Notes under the pieces: generated by a model
Databases searched by the model: none
What the model saw: the letters and a program-made list of their open reading frames with translations, nothing else
Told to the model about the DNA's origin: nothing
Position numbers and translations under genes: made by a program
Source: Marsupella aquatica
Lineage: Eukaryota > Plantae > Marchantiophyta
Direction of reading: 5' to 3'
Assembly: GCA_973895155.1 (NCBI GenBank)
Contig: OZ316893.1
Span: 27,091,252-27,155,251, forward strand
DNA: 64,000 bases
Part shown: positions 41,625 to 53,650 of the stretch, piece after piece
How the letters are laid out: every line of letters begins with the position of its first letter
How positions within the stretch are numbered: position 1 is the stretch's first letter

Positions 41625-42891
41625 CCAGTTGGATATAATGTTGCCTCCCATGTCATCACGATTACTCCTGTCAGTTCACTTAGGGTCAAAGGACATTGTT
41701 CACTGGTAGCTCTAAGTAATTTGCATACAGCAGAGGGCATTTGTGTCAATTTTGACATGAGTGTGCTTGTGTTGACATATCTCAGGTGCAAAACTTTGAA
41801 CATCTGCAATGGTTTGTGCAACTGGGTTGAAGGACAATGTTCACTGGTAGGTTCTATAATTGCATACAGCCAAACCATGAGTTCACATCATTTTTGACAT
41901 TATAGATCTCATATTTATTTACAATAGCTCAAGCGCAAGACTTTGAACATCTGCGATGGTTTGTCCTGCTTGTAAAGTGACTGGTTTGAATGTGAACAAG
42001 TTGACAGGCAGGCAGAAGACTTATTTACGGACCCCATGAGAGGTCCCCGACAAAATCCCCGACACCACAGCGTGCCACATCAGCAAGGTCGGTCACAAAC
42101 GGGGGAGGATGGTTTTGCAAAAGAAAATAACCGCCTGGATCCTGTTTGCAACACTTTGTGCATAAAAATAGGGTTGCCATGCCATCAAAAGAGGACATAA
42201 AAGAAACAAAAATACACAGAAAGAAATTACGTTTATTTACACTTGTAACCGCTTTAGTTACAATTTTAATTTTGGCCCAAATAAAAATTCCTTCCAAATT
42301 TTGATTGGAACAAATAATTCATTTCACCAAAAATAGATATGTCAGTGTTTACCTAGTGAAAAAGTAACAAGTTGCATAACTATTTCATAATAACTACTTT
42401 GGAATTTTTTTCATTCGTTCATTCCTCTCAACACTCTTCCTTCATGCCGTTCGATTGACGTGATTGTTGTTTGCTGGTCACGTCGTAGAGTTGTGCTCCA
42501 TCTGTCTGTACATTGCATCGCAACTTTGCTTCACAAGACATCCTTCTCTCCGTCATCCAATTACTTGTGTAATGTAGCGGCAACTGAATTTCCATTGATT
42601 GAGAACTCCATCCGAGCCAAATTGTGTCCATATTCTCTTTAGGTTTAATTCGAAATTGACAAGGTTGGACTTGTCTAATCGCGTTCTTGTATCCAAGCCT
42701 AGTTGCCGTGATTGTTGGAGTGCATTGCAGCTTGTGAATATGTCTGGTAATCATGTGTCCATATTCTCTCCTGGTTTCCAAATTGAATTGACCTAATGGC
42801 ACATGATTGCAAATTTAGTTTCCGTGTAGAAGGGATGGGTTTATTGTAGTCCAAGTTGGACATTGCTTTGGTTTGCATCATCGGAGGAAGG

Positions 42892-42912
42892 TTTAGGGTT
42901 TAGGGTTTAGGG
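42892..42912 (+). repeat. Interstitial (TTTAGGG)3 telomere-type repeat / telo-box
   Basis: Three exact TTTAGGG units. Confidence 0.85.
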
Positions 42913-44199
42913 TTGTTGTTTGTGTTGCTTTTCCAGGTTGGAGTCGGTGAGGAGTGAAAAGAGGTGAAACAGGGCCAAGATGCGTTGAGCTGAGCTAAGC
43001 TAAGCTGCCAGAGTTGCCGTCGGGGATGTAAGGAGTGGTGTTTTGTGTCGATTGATACTCCAAGTGATCATGGGATTGCCCCGAGTTGAGTGAGAGTTAC
43101 ATTGTGCATGGAAGTTGAAAGTCATGACCAAGGAGAAGTAGGTTGACACCGACAGAGTTACTAAAGGTAGGCCAAGGAGGGGAGCTGCAGCATTGCTTCA
43201 GGTCATTTTGCAGTCCCCAATTTTGAATATCATCACCTCAGCGTGTGCTTCTTTGTCACAGCAACGAGATGCTTTGGTCATTGAAGAGTGTAAGGTGTTC
43301 TGTTCCGTGCAATTTAATATTCTCCCTCCTGTCAATTTCAATGCTCCGGAACATAACACGAAATCCGTTGTGAAATGTTTTGCAGAGTATCAATCAAAAC
43401 TGCAAATCACAAAGCAGGTGTGCGATGCCATTGATGCCGAAGTGAAGGCGAGGGCTACGACCATCAAGGCCCTGGCTTGCAGCTAGACAGTATTTGTCCT
43501 TAATGACGCAATTAGACTTGAAGATATCCAAAATTTCCACTGATGAGCTAAATTTGCCTTTAGAAGAGTATTTGAAAACTTGCCCTAGGGACAATTGGTA
43601 AAACGCTCCCAAATGGGCGAGTGCAAGTATTGAACAAACTAACCAATGATATCAACTAAATAAACCATTCCAGTACTCAGTAGTACTTGTTATCGTGATG
43701 GGGAAGGGATTTGAGTAAGGAGATTTGTAGGTTCTGATTTACTGATTTGAAGTATTTGAACTTTCGGTGACACCGTACCACCAGGATAATACGAAGAAAG
43801 TCACAGTTGGCTTCCAAGAGATTCTGAGGGACCTTTGACGTCTAGACGGCAATAACAAATTATTGCTAGCCTTTGACTAACTATTGTAACATAACTCAAT
43901 TCCATGAAAGAAAGCTTTTGAATGACCAATTTTCTTCGGATGATCCAAAATGTATGGGTTCAGAGTGAGTCATTCACTTTCTATAAAATGCCTAATTTGA
44001 TCCCAAAATGACTAACTACGTTAACATACCTCAATTCCATGAAAGAAAGAATTCGAATGACCAATTTGCTTCGAATGATCCAAAATGTATGGATGAGTGA
44101 GTCATTCACTTTCTAATAAAATGCCTAATTTGATCCCCAAAAATTAAAAAAAAATTAAAAAATCATAACTACTTTGAGTTGTTCAGTCAGTCACATTTC

Positions 44200-45500
44200 T
44201 ACCATAGTAGTAGCGTGCCATAATGTCATTCAATGCCTAGCAAACTTGATACTCCTTGACCTTTTGGAGCCCCATCTCAAGATATTAGTAAAATTCTATG
44301 CCCCTGCTCCATTTGCCAGCATAGCTTTTTGGTGATCATGTGTGCCAAGACCTCATGTGCCACCATAGCTTCTTGTGGATCATGGAAGTTTCTGCAGTCC
44401 TATGGTTGGAGAAAGAGGCTTGTCATTTCATCCTTGTATTGGAACTGTGTCTTCTATAGAACATCTAATAACTTCATTGAGGATATTGTAAGGAGAAGAA
44501 CTAAGCCTCATGTTGCCAATTTGAAAAATGTATTGACTGATAACTTTGTGAGTCAAGTTCAGCGAGGTTGTAGCATGAACACAAAGATCATTGAAAGGAA
44601 GACCCTCTGCACACGTTAGTCTTTGGAAATTCTGGTCTTGCTTTCCACTTCTCAATTTATTCAGTTTATTGCATCTGAGGTTGTTCACACATTTTGAGAT
44701 CATAGAATCCTTATTAGGTGTCACCACCTAGCTCCATTTGACATTTTCTTAGTCATTACTTTTCAGCTCATTCAGAGAAGAGATTCTGATATCCCTGAGC
44801 CAACAATCGTGCAGGTAATTTTGGACATTATTGGCATGTAGAAATTAGGGGACATTTGAATTGGCTTTTGTTTCATAGAATGAATTGAAATGATGAATTT
44901 ATACCCGCAGTGGCTATATATGGCCCATTCTGGGCTGTCATAAGCTAGCAATGCTTGTAGCATTCTCAATATTCTGCAAATAATTATCTGACTTATATGT
45001 TGCTTTAGTCCTTTTGGGGGGAGCTGATACAAAGTTGTATAGAGCTGCATGCTGACAAATCCAATGACCTCTGTTAGGCTCTCTTTACCACTTTTACAAC
45101 TCCTCCCACTATGTTGTTTGGACAGAGAATTCATGATAAGGCGGCCCTAGCTATTTTTTCTGTTTTTCTGCGTTTCAAACCTGGCTAACTTAGTGGGTAC
45201 CAATACTTCTCAACTCTTAGTGCCCAAGGAAGTGGGACATCATCTTCTTTTCAGCCCAGGATTATTTCGTGACCTCTATTGAGCACTTTGCATCACCAAA
45301 CTTGATTGTTTTGCTTATACTATTTGCAAGTGATACAAGCTAAGATATTCTGTGGTTTCCTCTAGAAGATTCTAGCAAACATATTTTACCAGAAGATTTT
45401 CAACCATTTAGAACCAAAGCTCTCAACTCCAGAAGTGAGCCAGAGTACTTGAGTTTCAGACTTTCAGGAAATGTTCCACAATTACAGATGAGACAAAGTA
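44200..45500 (-). mobile_element. Decayed L1 reverse-transcriptase fragment
   Basis: Frameshifted remnants in L1 order: ICLLES..LANSIS, YHEFSVQT, IQLCISS, then PTIGLQKL..YGG.GLGTHDHQKAMLA/KW, which matches the post-RT GGLG..ALLAKW motif. Confidence 0.45.
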
Positions 45501-48500
45501 TGTGCTAGAAGTCCTTCTCTTCTGTTTAGCAGTAAGTACCAGCATATTTTATTTTGTCATACTTTTGGGTAGATGAATGGTTGGATAGATATCATTTTGC
45601 TATTAGTTGCCCAACTTGTTTATAGGTGGCAGCGCTCAGATTTTCTTTTGATTTCATCCATCAAAGTGCAGAGTTCAAAATTTAGATATTCAAAGTAAGA
45701 CCTTCTAAAGCTTTGCCTCGTCTCAAACATCTTCCTCTGTCTCATGAATCTTTCCTTTTCACTGGTATTTTCAAGTATCCCTAGTATTTTCAAGTATCCC
45801 TAGTTGCATCCTTATACATTTTACACGCAGTAATGTTTTAGCTCAATTGAACCCTAAGCTAGGGGTCCACACCCTAAGCTAGGGGGTCCACACGGATTAA
45901 TTTACTATAGAGATGTGTTTGATCTGCTTTGAGGATGTACAGCGACCGCTGTACAATGGGAAATCCCATTCGAAGCTTGCTGCTCCATTCGTAGCAGGAG
46001 AAGCTGTTCACAGAGTTTCGCATTCGGTGGGGAGAGCCGCTGCAAACCCATCTCAAAGCCCCTTTGGACTGTAGGGAGGTTATTGGCCTTTTGCAAAGCA
46101 TTGTTGGGTTCCCAAGAAGCTCAAACTTGCTGACATTCTTGATCCACCTAAATCTGGAATTGATTGTGCTGCGATTGTGCTGCTATTCCTGTCAGGTACA
46201 GTCACGTGGAAATTGGGTCGTAAGGGATGCAGGCTAGGTCCCACCTTGCCGAAGAGTAGAGAAATACGAGGCGGAATTAAATGAATAAAAATGCGTTCCT
46301 GCTCGCTGATCACGTAAACTTAAGCAAAAATGAATGATGAAAATGATAGTCAGCAGATTTGGTTTTGACGGGATGGTAACTGTTGAATCTTGAGCACCAC
46401 ACAGTGATTTTTCTTTATCATACAGCTGGAAGAAGCGAGGTAGAAACCACCACTTCAATACAGATCAAGACTTGACTGTACTCCAAATTGAGGATTTATG
46501 TTTATTGATAAGGGTTGAATGTGCTGAAATATGCATAAGCGGAGTTCGAATCAACTTTCTATCAATCCAGTTGGCATTGAAGTAGGGAGCAAATTTGAGC
46601 ACATCAGTCCTGCAATGGATAAGATTACATTGGGCACCTAAACTAACCGATGGACAAAATTGAGAGACTTAATTCACGTTCGAGTCATTTCGATTTTTCA
46701 TCGCAGTTCAATTGGAACTAAACCCTGCACCTTAAACCTTAACTCTTGCTCAGAGGAGATGAAGATAAGATTAGATTAAACTGGTCTGCCCACATCATCA
46801 GGTCTCCTCAAGAACGACTAGAGCGACGACAGCAAATCGCAAAAGAATAGGAGAGGGCATAGACCACAGAGATCCAAGAAAACCAATCCCTGAAATGATT
46901 TCTAATAAATGGCGATTCTTCTGTACATCCCGGCAAACTTCAAAGTCGGGAGAACAATTCACTGACAAGCAACCGACTCATATTCGGGCTTCCCACAAGT
47001 ACTACATCTTCCTTCACTATTGAACGAGGGAAGCACGACTAAGGAAAGACGATATCATCAAGTTGGAACAAGTTGATCAACCTCAAAAGACATCATCAAG
47101 ATACTTCCACTCTAAATAAAATTCCATTCCATCATACCAAATGACTCGCCCACAAGACTTGTTTGCATATTTGAGGGGAAATGAGGACACGAACCAATGC
47201 AAAGAATGATAATAAGCGCACAGGAAACTGCCCTGGTCTAGAGCACCAGTTCAATAAACGTAACACAAAACACGAGGCTCCTGGGATTCTTGGCAGCAAT
47301 GGGAATTGCTGGAAAAATTAGGAAAAAGGGTTCCCAGGGCTGCTGTAACACTCGTGCTTGTGGTATCCACCAATGACGGAGACTGATTCAAAGCTAGCAG
47401 TTGCAAACGCCCCCAGCACAAAAACTATAGAAATGACAACGAGTATTGGAGGCCATGACAACTGCCTTGAGCACCAGTCGGACATGGTGCTTGATAAAAG
47501 CATCCTTTTTTGTCATACACACCCGCTCCTGCATTTCAGACAAACCTTGCGGTCAGCCACGACATATACTATCCAACATTCTATGATCTCAAAAGATGAA
47601 ATTCACATCCATGAAAGCGCCTAACGACAGACTTAAGCTTCCATGAGCTCAATATTACATCTGAACTTCATCCATGCTCAATCTTAACGTAATACTCCTT
47701 GACAGACAGTCGAGTATCCAATTGACGTAAAGAGCCATTTGATAATTAATGAAATTTGAAGGGAATTTTGGTAGGTTTCCTTGGCCACCGACAAAGCTGA
47801 TGGAGTCCGGGGATGTCACACAGCGAAACAGGAGAAATATCGAAAATTCACCAGCAATGACTGGCAAGAATCCCTGAGTTTCATAAATGTAGTTCCCGAC
47901 AGAAAGTTTATGTATTTAGTTTAGAATAGAAAGGTAAAGCAGAGGATTGCGTCGCCAAATCTTCGTCAATTCATCTCAGAATAGAAGGGTTCATAATTCA
48001 GTTAACAGGAGGGTGTTTGTCGTCTCATTTCACACGAGAAAGCTCATCGATTCCATTTCAAGAACGTAATCTGTCAATTCAGTTGAGGGAATTCATCAGT
48101 TTCGCGGATGACTGTTTTACTGCGCTGCATCGCAAGACCAAACAGAACCAAACTGATTCTTCACTGAATAATTAGAAGACGGACCAGCAATTGTGGCATA
48201 ATGCACAGTTGTCTGCCGATCACTGTCGTCCGAATTGATGTTCGACACTCTGCCTATCGAAGCAGCCAATGTGCTTTCGGTAAACGCTGCTCATGAGAGA
48301 AACCCCCGGTTGTCCCACCACAGCCGGCTTGCTGGCGTTCTGCCAATTACGCTGCTAGCTCTTTGAACAACTGGTCCACACTGCTGGGTCATCTCTGGGA
48401 GGCTTCAAATACTTGTGGACAGTGTTCACAAGCTCATCGACAGCTTCATGCGGCTCAAAGGCATGGACAACCTACGGTACACAAGAAACTGGGGTTTAGC

Positions 48501-49491
48501 ACCTTGCGACATACGCTGTGGTAAAAAATGAACCCATGACCAAAACGTCAGTTGTTCCCTAAGGGGTGATCCCTATCTTTCCGTCTCGTGCTGGTGGGTT
48601 TAGAGAGCATACACCTTGTGCCGCCACCATCGAAGAGATAAACAATTTGATGTGTACTATAGTGAACTATAAAAATTGAAGCAAGGAAGTGAGACATAAA
48701 GAAAAAAACCCAAACAGGGTTTGGCCTTAACATACCGTTTAGTCATTCCTTCCCAGCCGTTTTTAAACTTTGCCAATGAAAATGGGCAAAGGGTGCTCTT
48801 GGACTCACCTGTTGGAAGCAATCCGTCAAATCTTCTGGGGAGTGCACACGTAGAGAAGCAACATTTGCCCATCAGCGATCTGATTCCAGCAGACGGCTGC
48901 AGCTAATTTAGGCGAGGAACCTCCTGTGACTTCTTCCACATACAGCCAAGTCAGCGAGTCGCCTCCAGTTGGCGTGTTCTGGCCCACCAATGACATCCCC
49001 GACCGCCAAGGTCTGCTGCTTTGAAGAACCCTTTCTCGTGCTACTGCTGTGTGTCCCCTACCGGATCCTTCAAGTTGTCCAATTTCTTGGATTCCTCGGG
49101 CATGGAGCTGTCCCGAAGAATCCAATCCGCTTTCCTTAAAAGGCTCCGCACATCGGAGAGAGCAGTGCTGTTTCCCGTTGCTGCATGCTTGTGGGCTCAC
49201 TCCATGGATTGCATGCAGAGCTTGGTGGTCGAGTCTGCCCTGCCTGGATGCAGGTTGGTGGGGCATGAGCTTATCTGTCAAATCGACTCCTGGATGATAA
49301 CGATGTCGAAACCTGGGTGAGAGGCAGCAGCATACTGCCCTGATATTTCTCCCAAGCCATGAGTCTTGAAGATAAACTCATGGGATAATAGATCTTGAAG
49401 TATGTCAAAGCTGGCGGACGTGAGCTCTACTACGTTGTCAAGCTCCACGGGGAAAACTCCAGATGAGCTACCTGGGGTTGCCAAACTCATC

Positions 49492-50744
49492 TCAAGTTTT
49501 TCGTGCCAGCCTGTACAAATCATCTATAACTAGGACCAGTTTCGAGCTCAGAATATTCACCAACCATTTTGGCAACCATCCCCCAGGATCGACCTGCAGG
49601 AAGCCCGCATCAATACTATTAGAGAAGTAGAAGTCATCAGGGTGCAAAGGAAAATGCATCGTAGAGTTTGTGCTGAAAGGAACGCTGACAGACAATCTCC
49701 AAACGAAAGGAAAGCTCACCTGTGCAACATATGTGACGAAGCAAGCATCTGACTCCTCCACTTTCTCGATCACCCATCCGGACTGCAATAGGAGTCCACG
49801 AACAAGCCTCCCATCTTCGGGATAAAGTCCTGTAGCTAGCTCCCTTGGAAGTGATGACACAGCGATGACCTTCATCCAAAAACCAACTATTACTTCTTTG
49901 CCCCAAATGATTTTACTGAATCACCATTAACAGAAAACGCATATAGCGGGGCTCCTCACAAGGGGAGACCAAGCCAGGTGGCGACAGAACAACTACTTCT
50001 GTAAGTCTGATTTGCCTGATACATATATAACTTCACCTACAGGTAAGTCCACACAGTCATGTAGAACGACACGGTCGTGTCTTCCAAGAACACTCTGGCC
50101 ATATCGCATGCCCTACATCATTCTGTTTCCTGCACTCAAAGATATGTACCTGGGTCCCATCATCCATGGTCTCTCGTCGTTCGTAAACAATGAATTCTCT
50201 GTTTCTGAACAATGGGCCAGCTCCTGAGCTGAATACCAGTCTAAGTAGATCCAGATTCTCTTTGACATTTCGGAGATGTTTCCCCTCCACAAAGTAAGGA
50301 TCCCATTGCTGTGCACATGGCAACGTTGAAATTAGCACCGAATATCACGACAAAGTTGCAGAACGAATAAATTTTCAGTTGTAAAAAAGTCAACCAGCGC
50401 ATTCTCCAACTTTTTTATTTTAAACACACAGCAACAATCATGTCTGTGAAACAAAATTTCACAACAGATTCGGCTCGACAGTCACGAACCTTTGCAGTTT
50501 CAATTGCGCTTGCAAGGGATTTCAGTTCGCCAGGAGGGACATTGATGAAACTACGGCCCCGAACAACCATCACGGGGCCCTGAGATCGTCGACAAATCTC
50601 CACACCCCGTTTGATCTTGTACAGCTTCCAATCATCGCAGAGCTCCGGTCGAGAGGCTGAGAGCAGATCTTGCACGCATCTATCACTTGCATGCGAGACG
50701 TATCTCTGCACTGACTCCTCACTAACGAGAGGAATCAGATCCAT
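49492..50744 (-). CDS. START-domain-only (polyketide cyclase/lipid transport superfamily) protein, At5g49800-like, 221 aa, 4 exons
   Basis: Exons 50744-50490, 50308-50150, 49869-49720, 49593-49492 (666 nt, phase-0 GT-AG introns). Motifs VSEESVQRYV..CVQDLL, W..GVEI, AIETAKQWD, PLFRNREFIVYERRETMDDGT, VIAVSSLP, RGLLLQSGWVIEK, TYVAQVDPGGWLPKWLVN match the plant START-only family. Confidence 0.92.
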
Positions 50745-51247
50745 CGAGTTCGCCACTTCCGTGTCACCTCTTCCTCTCAACCGAAGCAGGCACCGCTCAT
50801 TAACGATACGCAACAATCGATCACCCTCTTCATACACCCAAAACAGCCACTCGCGCACAATCAAAAGTCACGAATCACAAATCATCTAGAGCCAGCCAGC
50901 AAGCTGCGACGAGTTCTCCGCAGGGGTAGACAGAACCCATCAGAGTGCATGAAAGGAGCACTTGATTGACTTCTTCAGTAACACCTCGTCACAATGTCGA
51001 CTGCGCTTCAGCTCCTTCTTCTCCTCTCCTCTCCTCTGCTCTGCTCTCTTCGCGACAGGCGACACCTTCTCTGCAATCTCCTCGTCGTGCAGCTGGTCGA
51101 TTCTCGAGAGGCGAGTAGAGGAGAGACGACACCCGGCTTGACCTGCTTTGCTAGTCGGTCCTCCGGATGCGGTCCTCCAGCCTGCTGCAAGGCGACGCTC
51201 AGCGCTACACTCTTCCCTCTCTAAGTACTACTGTACCACCTCTTTGA

Positions 51248-51523
51248 GCGCCACCGCCCATCGTCGCTTCCCTCTATAAGTGCAACCTCTTCACGCGCCA
51301 CCGTCAATCATCGCCTCCCTCGCTAAGTGCAACCTCTTCAGGCGCCACCGTCAAATTATCGCTTCCCTCGATAAGTGCAACCTCGGAAAGCGCCACCGTC
51401 AATTATCGCTTCCCTCGATAAGTGCAACCTCGGAAAGCGCCACTGTCAATCATCGCTTCCCTCGCTCAGGGCAACCTCTTAACGCGCCACCGTCAATCAT
51501 CGCTTCCCTCTCTTAGTGCAACC
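51248..51523. repeat. Minisatellite, 6 x ~47 bp, upstream of the START gene
   Basis: Unit gcgccaccgtcaatcatcgcttccctcgataagtgcaacctc. Confidence 0.92.
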
Positions 51524-52844
51524 TTGTTGTTTTGTCACGAGACATCCACGAGGTTTATCCATCAGGGAATCTCAAATCTCTTTGTGCTGCCTCTGGTCGT
51601 GGTCAAGGGTGTTTGCCTGGGGAAAATTGTGGCCAACACAAATATGCTTGCCCAGGAAAAATGTGGCAAACATAAAACATAAATAGGCTTTTACTTACAC
51701 TCCTGACTGCAGACCAAAACTGGTACTTTGGGGACAGTTGTTTTTCCTTGAATCTGAAGATTTAGTGAGATAAACTGACTGTAGGTTTCCATCATTTTTT
51801 TGTCTACATACATATGTGATCACTGTTTTTAGTTTAATAACTACTTTGCCATCTCATTCCATCATGGGTTCGACAAACTAACTCAGTTTAGTTTGGAATT
51901 ATCATTGGCAGTCATCTTGCACCTTTTTTGCATCAGACATTTGAAACTCCCCTCAACCCTGATTGATGCACTCTGCTTTGTGATTTGTGACTATTGACCG
52001 GGTCAGGTTCAATCAATTGGTTGACCCCAATGGATAAGAGCTAACCATTCTCAATTATGTATATGGTAATGTCCTGTTTACAAGGCATTGTGGGATATAA
52101 TGCCCCAAAAAAACAAGACTTTATGTTCATAGACTATTATTGCCCATAATAATATAAACACTTAAGGTCTGAGAGATCTATATATGTTTATTATTTTAGT
52201 AACAGTAGAGAAGGATCTTTTTACTGAAGTGATCCAAATCTTGAGTGTGCATTTTTCTTCAATATTGCCCTGCAAATTACAAAAAGAAAAATCACTAAGG
52301 GCATCAAGTTGTGGGAATCATGATTAATCTTGTTCATGCAATTCTAGTTGGTGCAAATTCTTAGACTAACTGGAAAGTGAATTTAAGCAACTCCCGAATT
52401 CAACCTCTTTGTTGTATTTATGGAGTGGTAAAATTAACCCTCACTTTTGCATATCTCAAGCCCTGCAGATACTCATACTCTCTGAGTGCACAAATCAGGG
52501 GACCCCGAGGGCTTTGCACTTGGGGAGGGGCGACTGTCGTAGTGACCGCATTTTTAGACAATCCGTCAGAGGGAGAAAAGGCAGCGACATCGCCGGCAGA
52601 AAGAAACGCACCACGACGATAAAGAAGCCTGGAGCAGGCAGATCACTGGCATTTCTCGAAAGTCCTTGCTGCTCTGGTTCGGTGGTTCCTATCCGGAATG
52701 GAAGGAAGGGAGAGCTCCAGAGCTGGAGTTCGTACGAGGACACAATTCATCATTACGGTACTGTGTCGTCACGCTTCCATTGCCGATTCTTGATTCGTGT
52801 GATCGCCCAACTGTTTTTCTCGTTCTCCTGCGTTTGGGTGAGAG

Positions 52845-53080
52845 AGAGTTTCACGCGAGGATGACTTTTCCTTTTCAAAGAAGCTTTGGAAAATGGGAAG
52901 CTCCCAACTGTTTTCTCTGACTCTTTACTTTTATAGCATTTATTTATTTCCATCATTCTTTCTGTTCTGTTGAGAAATTTCACGCGAAGATGACTTTTTC
53001 TCCTCCAAAAAGGCTTTGGAAAATGGGAACCGCCCAACTGTTTTTCCTGACTCTTTACTTTCATGGCATTTATTTATTTT
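52845..53080. repeat. 2 x ~130-bp tandem repeat
   Basis: tttcacgcga.gatgactttt..gctttggaaaatgggaa..cccaactgtttt..ctgactctttacttt occurs twice. Confidence 0.85.
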
Positions 53081-53379
53081 GACTTCGAAAGGAAAAGTTC
53101 CCTTGAAAGGAAATGCCTTGATTCAAAAGGGATATGTCGTTGGAAAGAGAATAATCTTTGAAGCAGGCTACACGTGGACACATTATTGGTTGCTTAGGAG
53201 TCGATTCTATCACTCTCGGTGTGATACCTGGGTATTTTCATATGGTCTGTAGCTTTGATCTTAAGGCCTTATTGAAATACACTTCTTTCAGAGAAAGGCC
53301 AGTCTCAAGGCTATTAAATGCCGATTAGCCTGATGACCCAGACATCCAACTACTAATTTATGATTTAAAGTTACACTCT

Positions 53380-53650
53380 GGAGCCTATGATCTAGAGTGA
53401 AATCTCTAGACCATCATTATGGGGTGGTGACAAATTTAGGGGTGAGGCGACAAGTGGGGAAGGCAAACATGGCTCTGAGCAAAGCTTGGGCATTCAAGTG
53501 GTTAGCCAAGAAACTGACAGTTGCCCTGGTTCCCAATTGGCCTATGCATCTGTTTAGGCCCAATTTGCAAGGTTGCTAGAGCTCTGCAAGTGGGCATAGC
53601 CTGGTGGTAGCTTGAGTGCATTGTAAGGTGCAAGTCATGCATGTGAAACT
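53380..53650 (+). mobile_element. Short L1 post-RT remnant
   Basis: GVVTNLGVRRQVGKANMALSKAWAFKWLAKKL..PNW resembles the GGLG..N.AL..KW motif. Confidence 0.35.

Larger units (their letters stand above)
40025..49132 (+). repeat. Segmental tandem duplication, copy 2 (A' and B'), with extra sequence at 40701-41624, 42007-45900 and ~47210-47525
   Basis: Same anchors as copy 1. B' is the native 3' flank of the START gene. Confidence 0.88.

Noticed and set aside
47318-47503. Signal-peptide-like short ORF present only in copy B'
   Set aside because: Short hydrophobic stretch with no other support.
48826-49281. 151-aa ORF partly shared with 38082-38363
   Set aside because: The copies differ by many non-synonymous changes and a frameshift, consistent with neutral 3' flank.
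52015-52055. tRNA-like caatggataag motif
   Set aside because: No cloverleaf or T-loop.
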